This document shows positions 10,194 to 20,745 of a stretch of DNA of 64,000 nucleotides, piece after piece. The notes under the pieces are model-generated. The model was not told where the DNA came from. It saw only the letters and a program-made list of their open reading frames with translations, and ran no database searches. Both the position numbers and the translations under genes were made by a program. Positions within the stretch are counted from its first letter, which is position 1. Every line of letters starts with the position of its first letter. This DNA is from Eubacteriales bacterium. GTDB taxonomy: Bacteria; Bacillota; Clostridia; Oscillospirales; CAG-272. The DNA lies in contig JAZKZO010000052.1 of NCBI GenBank assembly GCA_045612665.1, forward strand, positions 9,839 through 73,838, given 5' to 3'.

Positions 10194-10859
10194 ATGGAAA
10201 TTAGCAAGATTATATCAATGGTTGACCACACGCTTTTAAAGCAGGATGCAACCTGGAATGAGATAAGGGTTGTTTGCGATGATGCTATCAAGTTCGGCAC
10301 AGCGTCGGTTTGCATTCCACCGTCATTTGTAAGAGAGGTTAGCGAATACTGTCAGGACAAAATGAGAGTTTGCACGGTTATCGGCTTTCCTAACGGATAC
10401 GCAACCGAAAAGGTAAAGTGCTTTGAAATAAAGGACGCAATCGCAAGCGGTGCGCACGAAATCGATACCGTGATCAATATAGGCGACCTAAAGGACAGGC
10501 GTTTTACAAAAATCGAAAACGATTTAAGGGCTGAGAGGTTCTTTTGCGGAGATAAAATCTTGAAGGTTATAATCGAGACCTGCCTTTTGACCGATGACGA
10601 GAAAAAGCGCATGTGCGAGATTGTAAGCGAGGTTGGCGCTGATTTTATTAAAACATCCACAGGCTTTTCAACGGGTGGTGCAACGCGAGAGGATATTGCG
10701 CTTTTCGCAAAGCATATTGCCCCTGAGGTTAAAATCAAGGCGGCAGGCGGAATTTCCTCGTTTGACGATGCACGCGATTTCATTTCGCTCGGTGCATCAA
10801 GGCTTGGTACGTCAAGACTTGTAAAAATACTTAAAAATGAAAACGGAGGTGGCTACTAA
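10194..10859 (+). CDS. deoC: Deoxyribose-phosphate aldolase
   Basis: DHTLLK, VIGFPNG, FIKTSTGF, KAAGGI, RLGTS. Confidence 0.95.
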   Translation: MEISKIISMVDHTLLKQDATWNEIRVVCDDAIKFGTASVCIPPSFVREVSEYCQDKMRVCTVIGFPNGYATEKVKCFEIKDAIASGAHEIDTVINIGDLKDRRFTKIENDLRAERFFCGDKILKVIIETCLLTDDEKKRMCEIVSEVGADFIKTSTGFSTGGATREDIALFAKHIAPEVKIKAAGGISSFDDARDFISLGASRLGTSRLVKILKNENGGGY

Positions 10860-11596
10860 TGGCTTTATATCCTACTCCACACATAAACGCATCTCCCGAG
10901 GATTTCGCTAAAACAGTCCTTATGCCGGGAGATCCGCTTCGTGCTAAATTTATCGCTGAAAGCTTCCTTGAAAATGCGCGTTTGGTTAACAATGTGCGTG
11001 GAATTCAAGGCTATACGGGCACATACAAGGGTGTGCCTGTATCGGTTATGGCAAGTGGTATGGGAATGCCGTCAATCGGCATTTACTCGCACGAGCTTTT
11101 TAGCATTTTCGGTGTTGAAAATATTATTCGCGTAGGCTCAGCAGGCGGTATGCAGGAGAGCATCAGGGTAAGAGATATTGTTCTTGGAATGGGCGCTTGC
11201 ACCGATTCAAATTATGCGAGCAATTTCCGTCTTAACGGCACGTTTGCGCCGATTGCAAGCTATAAGCTTTTGAGCACCTGTGTACAAAAGGCGAGTGAGC
11301 TTGGACTTACCTACCACGTAGGAAATCTTTTATCCTCAGATGTTTTTTACGGAGATTCCGAGGGCGTTGCCAAGAGCGATTTGCCTGTAAACAAATGGGG
11401 CAAAATGGGCGTTATGGCAGTTGAAATGGAGGCTGCGGCGCTATATATGAACGCATCAAGGCTTGGCAAAAACGCACTTGCGATTTGCACCGTATCCGAC
11501 CATCTTATAACAGGTGAGGCTACAAGTGCCGAGGAAAGACAAAACAGCTTTACGCAAATGATAACACTTGCGCTTGAAACCGCTATATCACTATGA
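10859..11596 (+). CDS. deoD: Purine nucleoside phosphorylase, DeoD type
   Basis: TPHI, MPGDPLRAKFIA, GMGMPSIGIY, VEMEAA. Confidence 0.95.
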   Translation: MALYPTPHINASPEDFAKTVLMPGDPLRAKFIAESFLENARLVNNVRGIQGYTGTYKGVPVSVMASGMGMPSIGIYSHELFSIFGVENIIRVGSAGGMQESIRVRDIVLGMGACTDSNYASNFRLNGTFAPIASYKLLSTCVQKASELGLTYHVGNLLSSDVFYGDSEGVAKSDLPVNKWGKMGVMAVEMEAAALYMNASRLGKNALAICTVSDHLITGEATSAEERQNSFTQMITLALETAISL

Positions 11597-12753
11597 AAAG
11601 AGTATTTTTAATTGTTTTAGATAGCTTTGGAATAGGTGCGCTCCCTGATGCCGACAAATTCGGCGATTTGGGCACAAATACGCTGGGGAGTATCGCTAAA
11701 TCGCCATTTTTTGCGTGCGACAACCTATCCAAATTAGGGCTTGCAGGCATTGACGGAGTGGCTCTTACTCCGTCAGATAACGCAATAGGTGCACACGGAA
11801 GATGCAAGGAGGCCTCAATGGGCAAGGACACAACCGTTGGGCATTGGGAAATTGCCGGAGTCATATCCGAAAATCCTCTTCCTACCTATAAGGACGGATT
11901 CCCAAAGGAAGTAATTGACACCTTTGAGGCGCTAACAGGGCGCGGTGTGCTTTGCAATAAGCCGTATTCTGGCACTGAGGTAATAAAGGATTACGGCAAG
12001 GAGCATCTAGAAACAGGTAAGCTTATAGTTTACACCTCGGCTGACAGTGTTTTTCAAATTGCCGCGCACGAGGATCTTGTTCCTCTTGAAAAGCTTTACG
12101 AGTATTGCAAAATCGCAAGAAAAATGCTCGTTGGCGAGCACGGAGTCGGTAGAGTTATTGCAAGACCGTTTAACGGTGAGGTTGGCAATTTTGTGAGGAC
12201 CTCGGGCAGACACGACTTCTCTCTTGAGCCAAGCGGTGTAACCATTCTTGATGAAATTTACAATTCAGGGCGCGAGGTTATCTCGGTTGGAAAGATATTT
12301 GACATTTTCGCAGGTCGCTCCATTAGCAAAAGCTATCCGACGAAGTCGAATACTGACGGAATTGAGCGCACGCTCGAAATAATGGATAGCGATTTTGAGG
12401 GGCTATGCTTTGTAAATTTAGTTGATTTCGATATGCTCTATGGACACAGAAACGACATAGACGGCTATGCCAAGGCGATTGCTGATTTTGACAGAGTGCT
12501 ACCGAAAATAATGGAAAAGCTACGTGGGGACGATGTGCTAATTATAACCGCCGACCACGGCTGTGATCCCGGAGATATAAGCACCGACCATTCAAGAGAA
12601 TACATTCCTTTTCTTATGTACGGAAGCGGAATTGCACCGAAAAATCTTGGAACACGCACCACGTATGCCGACATTGGCGCTACCGTGTGTGAGCTTTTGG
12701 GCGTTAAGCACGAGGGCGAGGGCACTAGCTTTTTAGGCGAGGTAAAGATATGA
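11593..12753 (+). CDS. deoB: Phosphopentomutase
   Basis: VLDSFGIG, GKDTTVGHWE, YTSADSVFQIAAHE, TADHGCDP. Confidence 0.95.
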   Translation: MKRVFLIVLDSFGIGALPDADKFGDLGTNTLGSIAKSPFFACDNLSKLGLAGIDGVALTPSDNAIGAHGRCKEASMGKDTTVGHWEIAGVISENPLPTYKDGFPKEVIDTFEALTGRGVLCNKPYSGTEVIKDYGKEHLETGKLIVYTSADSVFQIAAHEDLVPLEKLYEYCKIARKMLVGEHGVGRVIARPFNGEVGNFVRTSGRHDFSLEPSGVTILDEIYNSGREVISVGKIFDIFAGRSISKSYPTKSNTDGIERTLEIMDSDFEGLCFVNLVDFDMLYGHRNDIDGYAKAIADFDRVLPKIMEKLRGDDVLIITADHGCDPGDISTDHSREYIPFLMYGSGIAPKNLGTRTTYADIGATVCELLGVKHEGEGTSFLGEVKI

Positions 12754-13142
12754 AATACGATTTTTTAATAAAGGAAGCATTAGAGGCGCAAAAAAGCTCC
12801 TATGCTCCGTATTCACATTTTAACGTAGGCGCTGCACTACTTACAAATGACGGAAAAGTATACAAGGGCTGTAACGTTGAGAATTCGTCCTACGGGGCGA
12901 CAATTTGTGCCGAAAGAGTTGCCTTCGGCAATGCTATAAGCGACGGTAAGCGTTCCTTTTCGGCTATTGCAATCGTTGGTGGCAAGGACCGCTCACATTG
13001 TGAGATGGCTATTCCCTGTGGAATGTGTCTTCAGGTGATGAGTGAGCATTGCTCTGATGATTTTGAAATTGTGCTATGCAAGGGCGAGGAGATTAAGGTA
13101 TACAAGCTATGCGAGCTTCTCCCAAACAGGTTTAAGCTATGA
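12750..13142 (+). CDS. cdd: Cytidine deaminase, homotetrameric type
   Basis: YAPYSHFNVGAA, CAER, PCGMC. Confidence 0.93.
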   Translation: MKYDFLIKEALEAQKSSYAPYSHFNVGAALLTNDGKVYKGCNVENSSYGATICAERVAFGNAISDGKRSFSAIAIVGGKDRSHCEMAIPCGMCLQVMSEHCSDDFEIVLCKGEEIKVYKLCELLPNRFKL

Positions 13143-14437
13143 GAATGTACGATATAATCTATAAAAAGCGTCTAGGCGATGCGCTCACAAAAGAGGAAAT
13201 CGACTTTGCCATTAGTGGCTTTGTAAAAGGCGATGTGCCCGACTATCAAATGTCGGCGCTTGCTATGGCGATTTGCTTTAACGGTATGAGCGCAAATGAA
13301 ACCTTTTATCTAACAGATGCGATGATGCGCTCGGGCGACATTGTGAATTTAGAGCGTTTTGACGGACTGTGTGTCGATAAACACAGCACGGGCGGTGTCG
13401 GCGACAAGACAACTCTTATCGTTGCGCCTATCGTTGCTTGCCTTGGTGCAAGAGTTGCGAAGATGTCGGGGCGCGGTCTTGGGCACACGGGCGGAACGGT
13501 TGACAAGCTCGAGGCTCTTGACGGCTATCGCACCTCTCTTTCAAGCGAGGAATTCCTTGAACAGGTTGAGAGAGTTGGAATTGCCGTAACAGGACAAAGT
13601 GGAAATTTAGTGCCCGCAGATAAAAAGCTTTACGCGCTTAGGGACGTAACCGCAACGGTTGACTCAATTCCACTTATCGCATCAAGCATTATGTCGAAAA
13701 AGCTTGCATCGGGCGCTCATTCAATCGTGCTCGACGTAAAATGCGGAAGTGGCGCGTTTATGAAAAACGAGGACGATGCCACAGCACTTGCCAAGGCTAT
13801 GGTTGAGATTGGCGAGAGCTTTGGACGCAATGTACGCGCGCTAATTACCGATATGAGCGTGCCTCTTGGCTCGTTTGTAGGAAATTCGCTTGAGGTTTAC
13901 GAGGCGATACAGGTTTTAAGCGGAAAGGGCGAGAAGGCTCTTAGCGAGATTTGTATTGCACTTGCCTCGAATATGATATCTATGGCTCTTGAAATAGATA
14001 TAGACGAGGCTACAAAAATGGTTGAAAATGCTATTTCAAGTGGCCTAGCGCTCGCAAAATTCAAGGAATGGATTGGCGCACAGGGTGGCGACACATCAAA
14101 AATAGACGATCCTGTATCGCTTTTAGGTGCAAAATACAAGCTCGAATACAAGTCAAGGGGCGACGGCTTTATTTATGAAATAGATGCCGAGGGAGTTGGT
14201 ATTGCATCAATGCTTCTCGGTGCAGGCAGGGCGAAAAAGGACGACGTCATTGACCCTCTTGCGGGAATTGAGCTTCGTGTAAGCTATGGCAATTATGTAA
14301 AAAAAGGCGACACTCTCGCGCTTCTTTACTCATCTGACGCTTCTCTTTTTGAGAGTGCCTGTGAAAGGCTTGATATCTCGTTCAAGCTAAGCGACGAAAA
14401 GCCGAGCGAAAAGGCTCTTATCAAGAAAATAATTTAA
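13139..14437 (+). CDS. pdp: Pyrimidine-nucleoside / thymidine phosphorylase
   Basis: DKHSTGGVGDK, KMSGRGLGHTGGT, SIMSKKLA. Confidence 0.95.
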   Translation: MRMYDIIYKKRLGDALTKEEIDFAISGFVKGDVPDYQMSALAMAICFNGMSANETFYLTDAMMRSGDIVNLERFDGLCVDKHSTGGVGDKTTLIVAPIVACLGARVAKMSGRGLGHTGGTVDKLEALDGYRTSLSSEEFLEQVERVGIAVTGQSGNLVPADKKLYALRDVTATVDSIPLIASSIMSKKLASGAHSIVLDVKCGSGAFMKNEDDATALAKAMVEIGESFGRNVRALITDMSVPLGSFVGNSLEVYEAIQVLSGKGEKALSEICIALASNMISMALEIDIDEATKMVENAISSGLALAKFKEWIGAQGGDTSKIDDPVSLLGAKYKLEYKSRGDGFIYEIDAEGVGIASMLLGAGRAKKDDVIDPLAGIELRVSYGNYVKKGDTLALLYSSDASLFESACERLDISFKLSDEKPSEKALIKKII

Positions 14438-14463
14438 AAAAAGCACCTACAAGGGTGCTTTTT
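14438..14463 (+). terminator. Intrinsic terminator of the deo operon
   Basis: AAAAAGCACC-N6-GGTGCTTTTT. Confidence 0.75.
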
Positions 14464-14487
14464 CATATTATGTATAGGGGTGATTTT

Positions 14488-14823
14488 ATGGAATCCGCTT
14501 CTATGCTTGAAGAGTTCAAGCGCGAAAATCCGACGCGCAAAATAATCTTTTTGAATGCCACAAACGAAAAATATTTTGAGGACTACGTGCGATTTAATCT
14601 CGATATTTTAAGTGAGGGCTTGAAAGAGCGCGATGTCGACTTTTCTATATGTGAGAATGGAGTTATAATATATGGGAACGATATTGTAAGGCGACTTCTT
14701 TTTGATTGTGCCGTGCTGGGTGCGTGGACTGAGGGTGGTGTACTTTTAAAGCCTTATGCAAGCGCGTGCGATATAATGAGTGCAGTTTGCAGAATTGGTG
14801 AAAAATTCGGCAAATTCTCTTGA
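14488..14823 (+). CDS. Hypothetical protein
   Basis: ORF with GGGGTG RBS and ATG at 14488; no motif recognised. Confidence 0.55.
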   Translation: MESASMLEEFKRENPTRKIIFLNATNEKYFEDYVRFNLDILSEGLKERDVDFSICENGVIIYGNDIVRRLLFDCAVLGAWTEGGVLLKPYASACDIMSAVCRIGEKFGKFS

Positions 14824-14880
14824 CTTTACGCGCACTTAGGTGTAAAATTTATTTGTATTAAATTTCAGGTGGTATAAAAT

Positions 14881-15546
14881 ATGTTTAGAACAGAGCTTCA
14901 TTGTCATTCAAGCGACGTTAGCGGTTGTGCAAGAGTCGATGCTGACGTTATAATAGAAAAATTCACAAGCGCAGGCTACTCTACGCTCGTGCTATCAAAT
15001 CATCTTCATCCGTGGACTCACTGCCACGTTAAGAGCGAGAGTTGGAGCGAGCTAATCGACAAATATATTGCTTCATATAAGAATCTAAAGGAAAAGGCTA
15101 AGGGCAAGCTCAATATTTTGCTCGGAATGGAGCTTCGTGTAAAGGAAAACTCTAACGATTATCTTGTTTTCGGCGTTACCGAGGAGTTTTTGAGAGCGCA
15201 CGAAAACCTTCTTGATATGAACATTTGGGACGTGCATAAGCTAACCTCGGAAAACGGTATGCTTTTAATTCAAGCGCATCCGTTCCGTGACTCAATGACC
15301 GTTACTAATCCAAAGGCTATCGACGGTGTTGAGGTGTTTAACGGACATATGGGACACGATTCAAGAAACGATATTGCCGAGGCTTGGGCAAACAAGTTCT
15401 CTCTTATCAAAACCTCGGGTACTGACTTCCACTATGCAGACGTGCCTACAAATGCCGGTATCTTGACCGAGAATGAAATCACAACAATGGACGAGCTTGT
15501 TGATGTGCTTAAGAGTGGCAATTACGAGCTTGTTAAGGCAAACTAA
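14881..15546 (+). CDS. PHP-domain metal-dependent phosphoesterase
   Basis: ELHCHS, SNH, AHPFR, EVFNG, SGTDFH; upstream TTGACT-N17-TAAAAT at 14820-14848. Confidence 0.85.
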   Translation: MFRTELHCHSSDVSGCARVDADVIIEKFTSAGYSTLVLSNHLHPWTHCHVKSESWSELIDKYIASYKNLKEKAKGKLNILLGMELRVKENSNDYLVFGVTEEFLRAHENLLDMNIWDVHKLTSENGMLLIQAHPFRDSMTVTNPKAIDGVEVFNGHMGHDSRNDIAEAWANKFSLIKTSGTDFHYADVPTNAGILTENEITTMDELVDVLKSGNYELVKAN

Positions 15547-15549
15547 AAG

Positions 15550-15583
15550 AAAAAGAGATTTTCCGATTGGAAAATCTCTTTTT
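15550..15583 (+). terminator. Intrinsic terminator
   Basis: AAAAAGAGATTTTCC-N4-GGAAAATCTCTTTTT. Confidence 0.8.
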
Positions 15584-15718
15584 GTTACTTTTTAAGCTTG
15601 AATATTCTCCGAAGTAAAGGAGTTAATATTTTCGGCGACTTAACAATTACTATTTTCATAAATAAAACTCCCATTTGGCATTGCTACAATACCATAGTAT
15701 GGGAGTTTCTTATTTTTG

Positions 15719-16651
15719 CTACTTTTTCCACTTGGGTTTATTTTTTAGAATTGTGTAGAGTGCTACGTAGCTATCGTGGCGTGATTTCGGTATTTCTCCA
15801 CTCTCAACTCTTGCGATAATATCGCAGCCCTCCTCCTTGGTGTGTGAGCACTTGGTATAGCGACACATCCCCTCGGATTTTCTAAATTCTCTAAACGTAT
15901 CAAAGAGGTCCTCAAGGTCGAAAAAGTCAAATCGCTCAAAGTCGAGCAGGGTAAAGCCGGGAGTGTCGGCAAGATAGCCGGTATATTCCTTTCCCAACAG
16001 GTCGCAAAGTGCGAAAAGCTCCGTCTTTCTTGTGGTGTTCTTACCTCTTTCAAGCTTTTGCGAAAGCTCGCCTGTTTCAAGGGACAAATTCGGGAAAAGC
16101 TTGTTTATAAACGTGCTTTTGCCTGCACCTGATGCACCTGAAAATGCAAAAATCGTGTTTGTACCCTTGGTGGAAATATACGAAAGAAGCTCGTCCCTTC
16201 CCTCTCCGTTTTCGCTTGAGGTGATAAACGTGGTAAAGCCACTTTTCTTGTAAATTTCGGCAGTATCGCGTGCAAAATCCATATCAAGGTCAGCCTTGGT
16301 AATAACAATTACACATTCAATACCCTTTGACTCTGCAATACAAATAAGCTTATCAATCGTTTCAAGCACAGGGGACGGCTTTACGCAAGAGATAACCACG
16401 AATAAAACGTCAAGATTTGCAAGAGGTGGGCGAATTAGCGAATTTTTGCGTGGCTCGATTTTACTAATATACGGCTCACCGTTTTCATTTATATCAACCT
16501 GAACTCTATCTCCTGCCAAAAGCGTTATGTTGTCGTGCTTGAATGCACCCTTGGCGCGAGTTTCTATGTAATTTTTTCCGTTGTATTCCTCGTCAAGCAT
16601 AACGGTAAATATACCGCCTACGCTTCTTACCACTGTTCCAACAAGAATCAT
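15719..16651 (-). CDS. rsgA: Ribosome small subunit-dependent GTPase A
   Basis: TKAD, GASGAGKS, GKNTTR, DTPGF, C-x4-C-x-H-x5-C zinc finger. Confidence 0.93.
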   Translation of the reverse strand: MILVGTVVRSVGGIFTVMLDEEYNGKNYIETRAKGAFKHDNITLLAGDRVQVDINENGEPYISKIEPRKNSLIRPPLANLDVLFVVISCVKPSPVLETIDKLICIAESKGIECVIVITKADLDMDFARDTAEIYKKSGFTTFITSSENGEGRDELLSYISTKGTNTIFAFSGASGAGKSTFINKLFPNLSLETGELSQKLERGKNTTRKTELFALCDLLGKEYTGYLADTPGFTLLDFERFDFFDLEDLFDTFREFRKSEGMCRYTKCSHTKEEGCDIIARVESGEIPKSRHDSYVALYTILKNKPKWKK

Positions 16652-17598
16652 CTTTTCTTTTTTACTCCAAAAATTCTACGAACGCTCGACATAAAGTTAG
16701 AAAATCCACTTCTACAAGGGAGCTTCTCGAATTTTATTTTCTTATTCTTTTGAAGGCTCTTTACGTATTCGAGCATACTGTCGGCGCTTTGGAATCTATC
16801 ACCGGGCTTTTTGCTCATAGCGCAAAGAATAATTTGCTCAAGTCCCACGGGAATATCGGGGTTGATTTCTCTTGGTGGGATTGGCTCTTCATTTATTTGC
16901 TTAACGGCAATTGACACAGGCGACTCTCCGTCAAACGGAAGCTTTCCTGTTGCAAGCTCATAAAGCATTGCACCGAGCGAATAAATATCACTTCTACAGT
17001 CTATCGGCTTCGCGCTCGCCTGCTCGGGACTCATATAATAAACCGTTCCGATTGCCTTGTCAGTCATTGTAACCGTTTCCGCGTTAGGAAGCTTCGCAAT
17101 ACCGAAGTCCATGACCTTAACAAGACCGTTTTTCAAAACCATAACATTTTGTGGCTTTATATCTCTATGGATAATTCCACCGTCGTGCGCAGTCTTAAGT
17201 GCCTTAAGAGTCTGTATTGTATAGCTCATTATTTCCTCGAAGGTAAAGGGGCCCTTTTTAGCCTTGAGGTACGCCTTGAGCGTAATTCCCGACACATACT
17301 CCATTACCATATACTTTTTCTCGCCCTTGGTTGAAAATTCGTACATAGCAACGATATTCGGATGCTTGAGCATTGTTTCAACACGAGATTCGTTCTTGAA
17401 GCGCTTAAGCATTGTCTTATCGCACGCGACGTCGTCCTTGAGCATCTTGATGGCTACCGTGTTATCGTTTACATATGTATCGGTTGCCTTGTAAACGATT
17501 GCCATTCCACCGATACCGATGAGCTTGTCAAGGCGGTATCTTCCGTCCAAAAGCTCTCCCTCGAGCTGTTCGTATCTTTCAAAAATTTCTTTTTCCAT
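16648..17598 (-). CDS. prkC: Hanks-type Ser/Thr kinase (PrkC/PknB-like), kinase domain only
   Basis: GIGGMAIV, VAIK, HRDIKPQN, DFG, YMSPEQA; lies between prpC and rsgA; ATG at 17598 after GAGGAGG. Confidence 0.88.
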   Translation of the reverse strand: MEKEIFERYEQLEGELLDGRYRLDKLIGIGGMAIVYKATDTYVNDNTVAIKMLKDDVACDKTMLKRFKNESRVETMLKHPNIVAMYEFSTKGEKKYMVMEYVSGITLKAYLKAKKGPFTFEEIMSYTIQTLKALKTAHDGGIIHRDIKPQNVMVLKNGLVKVMDFGIAKLPNAETVTMTDKAIGTVYYMSPEQASAKPIDCRSDIYSLGAMLYELATGKLPFDGESPVSIAVKQINEEPIPPREINPDIPVGLEQIILCAMSKKPGDRFQSADSMLEYVKSLQKNKKIKFEKLPCRSGFSNFMSSVRRIFGVKKKR

Positions 17599-17609
17599 AA
17601 CAGCCCTCC

Positions 17610-18383
17610 TCAAAATCTCACAAGCAAGGCGGTAATGTTATCGGCACCACCGTTTTCGTTTGCACAGTCAATGAGTCGTCTTACGGTAAGAGAAAGCTCT
17701 ATTTGGTCAAGGCTCTTTTTATCAGAGCCAACAACGATATCGCGAATGCCCTCGTTGCTTACGAAATTGGAAAGACCGTCGGAGCAAAGAAGCATATATG
17801 TTCCCTCGGAAACACCCTCTCTTATAAAATCTCCCTTAACCGAGCCCTCGGTTCCAACAGCACGGGTGATGATATTCTTATTAGGAAATACCTCTGCCTC
17901 CTGCTCGGTAATTTGTCCTATATCAAGCAAATACTGAACGTAGGAGTGGTCCTTTGTGATTTGCTTTATTTTATCGCCCTTCATAAAGTACATACGGCTA
18001 TCACCGACGTTTACGCAAAAAACGGTATTTTGAATTATAAGGGCAGCAACAAGAGTTGTTCCCATTCCGCGAAGGGTCGGATGCATAAGCGCATAATCGT
18101 GAACGGCGGTATTGGCTTGGTCGAGAGCATCGAGCATAACGGTTTTAATATCCGAGCCCTGAAGCTTTTTGGTTTTATTACCGATATAGGGGGATATAAA
18201 ATCGTCGATTATAGAAACGAATTTTTCCGACGCAATTCTTGACGCCTCTGCGCCTCCCTTTGCGCCTCCCATTCCATCACAAACCACGCAAAGGCAGGTT
18301 TTTTCGGAATAGGTTTTCAGAATATACGTATCCTGATTTACGTTTCTTTTCATTCCCACATCGGTGTTAGCCGAGCAAATCAT
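17610..18383 (-). CDS. prpC: PP2C-type Ser/Thr phosphatase (PrpC/Stp1)
   Basis: NQD, VCDGMGG, GMGTT, VGDSR, LCSDGL, GGADNIT. Confidence 0.92.
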   Translation of the reverse strand: MICSANTDVGMKRNVNQDTYILKTYSEKTCLCVVCDGMGGAKGGAEASRIASEKFVSIIDDFISPYIGNKTKKLQGSDIKTVMLDALDQANTAVHDYALMHPTLRGMGTTLVAALIIQNTVFCVNVGDSRMYFMKGDKIKQITKDHSYVQYLLDIGQITEQEAEVFPNKNIITRAVGTEGSVKGDFIREGVSEGTYMLLCSDGLSNFVSNEGIRDIVVGSDKKSLDQIELSLTVRRLIDCANENGGADNITALLVRF

Positions 18384-18389
18384 AAGTTA

Positions 18390-19436
18390 CTAATTACCTT
18401 TCTTGTCTAATTTTTGAGATTGTCTTCTTAGCTGACCGCACGAGGCATTTATATCCGAGCCGAGTCGGCGCCTTACGGTTGCGTTAATTCCAAGCGAAAT
18501 GAGCTTGTTTTTAAATATATTTACGTTTTTAGAGGTCGAAAGCCCTGTTTCCTTAACCTCGTTTAGAGGGATAAGATTTACGTGGGGAGTTGACCTTATG
18601 TATTTTTTAAGCACCTTGGCAAGGGCAATAGCGCCCTCTACGGTGTCGTTTTTACCTGAGATAAGCGTGTACTCAAAGGAAATTCGTCTTCCCGTTTTGT
18701 CGAAATATCTTTGGCACGAGGAAAGTAACTCGTGAATTGAAAATTTCTTATTTACGGGCATAATTTCATTTCTTACATCATCATCGTATGCGTGAAGTGA
18801 AATCGAAAGAGTGATTGGCAAGCCCTCGTCTGCAAGAGCATCGATTTTATCCACCAAGCCACAGCTTGAAACGGATATATGACGAAGTCCTATGTTAAGG
18901 TTGTCGGGTGAGGAAACAAGCTTTAAAAACTTGATTGTGTTATCGTAGTTATCAAGTGGCTCACCTATTCCCATCATAACGACGTTGGAAATACGCTTGC
19001 CTGTGTCTCTTTGCGCTACGATAATTTGTCCGAGCATCTCCGAGGGGGTAAGGTCGCGCACCTTACCGTTAATGGTTGAGGCGCAAAATTTACAGCCCAT
19101 ACGGCAACCGACCTGTGAGGAAATACACAGGGTGTTTCCGTGCTCATATTCCATAAAAACGCTCTCTATGCACTCGCCGTCTATAAGCTCGAAAAGATAC
19201 TTTTTCGTGCCGTCAAGCGCACTGTCAAGGCGTGTTACAATGCTTGGCAGGCGTAGCTCACAACCTTCCTTTAACGCATCGACTGTCTTTTGAGAAACGT
19301 TTCTCATCTCATCAAAGCCCGCGCCCTTAAGCATCCAGCCGTATATTTGCTTTGCTCTAAATTTCGGCTCACCTATGCTTAAAACGACCGCTTCAAGCTC
19401 GGCAAGAGTCATCGAAAGAATATCGTGCTTCATCAT
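18390..19436 (-). CDS. rlmN: 23S rRNA m2A2503 radical-SAM methyltransferase
   Basis: CISSQVGCRMGCKFCAS, MGIGEP, ASCGQL. Confidence 0.95.
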   Translation of the reverse strand: MMKHDILSMTLAELEAVVLSIGEPKFRAKQIYGWMLKGAGFDEMRNVSQKTVDALKEGCELRLPSIVTRLDSALDGTKKYLFELIDGECIESVFMEYEHGNTLCISSQVGCRMGCKFCASTINGKVRDLTPSEMLGQIIVAQRDTGKRISNVVMMGIGEPLDNYDNTIKFLKLVSSPDNLNIGLRHISVSSCGLVDKIDALADEGLPITLSISLHAYDDDVRNEIMPVNKKFSIHELLSSCQRYFDKTGRRISFEYTLISGKNDTVEGAIALAKVLKKYIRSTPHVNLIPLNEVKETGLSTSKNVNIFKNKLISLGINATVRRRLGSDINASCGQLRRQSQKLDKKGN

Positions 19437-20734
19437 TTAACTCTTTTCATTTTTGCAACGAAAAATCCGTCCGTGCCCATAACGTGTGGCATAAACGTGT
19501 ACATTCCGTTTTGAGATTTTATTTTACCAAGCTCAAAATCCTCGCTCTCAAAGTCAGGGTGTCCCTCAAGGAATGATGAAACAACGCTTTCGTTCTCCTG
19601 TGAATTGAGTGTACAGGTGGAATAAACGACACATCCCCCAACCTTTGCGTATTTTGAGCAGTTTTCAAGAATTTCCGATTGAATTTGTGGTAGATTTGCA
19701 ATTTGCTCGATTGACTTATACTTTATATCGGGCTTCTTTGCAATCACGCCAAGTCCCGAGCAAGGCACGTCGCACAAAACGAAGTCAAAGGCGTTAACGA
19801 AATCCTCTCTTGCCTCTCTTGCGTTTTGCTCCTCGACCTCAATTATATCAATGCCGAGTCTTTGTGCGCCACTCCTTACCAAGGATAGCTTGTTTTTGTG
19901 AAGGTCGCAGGACAAAATTCTGCCCTTATTTTTCATATCAATTGCGCACGAGAAGGATTTACCACCAGGACAAGCGCAGGCATCAAGCATATCCTTGCCC
20001 TCTGACGGTGCAAATATTTTTGTGCATGCAAGAGATGCCTCATCTTGAACAAAGCAGTATCCCTTGTCAATTATGTCTATAATCTCGGAAATAGGTGCAT
20101 CAATTATAATCATTTCGTCGGAAATCGCGGACACTGTGTGCTTAATTCCACGAGAAATAATAATTCTCTTGAATTCCGATACGCTCACCTTAAGAGTGTT
20201 TATTCTTGCGCTAACGCCCTTACGAGGCTTGATTGCAAGTGCGATTTCTCTTGCGCACTCATCTCCGTAGGATTCTCTGAAAATGCTTAAGATGCTTGTG
20301 GGAATTGAGACTTCAATTGAAAGCGCCTCCCACTCGTCCTCGGGCAAGATATATTCCTTATTCTTTCTTAAAAATGCACGAAGGCACGCATTAACATATC
20401 CCTTTGACCTCTTCGGACAAATGGAAACGGTTTCGGAAACAGCCGAGTAATCGGGAATTTTATCCATATAAAGAAGCTGATAAAGTCCTAGGCGCAATGC
20501 GTTTTTTGTCTCGGTGTCAAGCTCAGAAATGCTCTTTTCCGAGCATTGTGAAATTATATAGTCGAGAGTTATAAGTCTCTCGGTAACGCCAAGATAAAGT
20601 GCAGTATAAAGTGATGCGTCAAGCTTTGACATATCAGCCCTTGATATAACACTGTTAACCTCGATATTCGAGTAGCTTGACATTTCGTCTGACTTGATTA
20701 GCGATGCAAGCGCAAGTCTTCTTGGATTTTCCAT
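19433..20734 (-). CDS. rsmB: 16S rRNA m5C967 methyltransferase
   Basis: NusB-like N-terminus, VQDEAS, DACACPGGKS, DVPCSGLG, YSTCT. Confidence 0.93.
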   Translation of the reverse strand: MENPRRLALASLIKSDEMSSYSNIEVNSVISRADMSKLDASLYTALYLGVTERLITLDYIISQCSEKSISELDTETKNALRLGLYQLLYMDKIPDYSAVSETVSICPKRSKGYVNACLRAFLRKNKEYILPEDEWEALSIEVSIPTSILSIFRESYGDECAREIALAIKPRKGVSARINTLKVSVSEFKRIIISRGIKHTVSAISDEMIIIDAPISEIIDIIDKGYCFVQDEASLACTKIFAPSEGKDMLDACACPGGKSFSCAIDMKNKGRILSCDLHKNKLSLVRSGAQRLGIDIIEVEEQNAREAREDFVNAFDFVLCDVPCSGLGVIAKKPDIKYKSIEQIANLPQIQSEILENCSKYAKVGGCVVYSTCTLNSQENESVVSSFLEGHPDFESEDFELGKIKSQNGMYTFMPHVMGTDGFFVAKMKRVK

Positions 20735-20745
20735 AAGCCTCTCCT

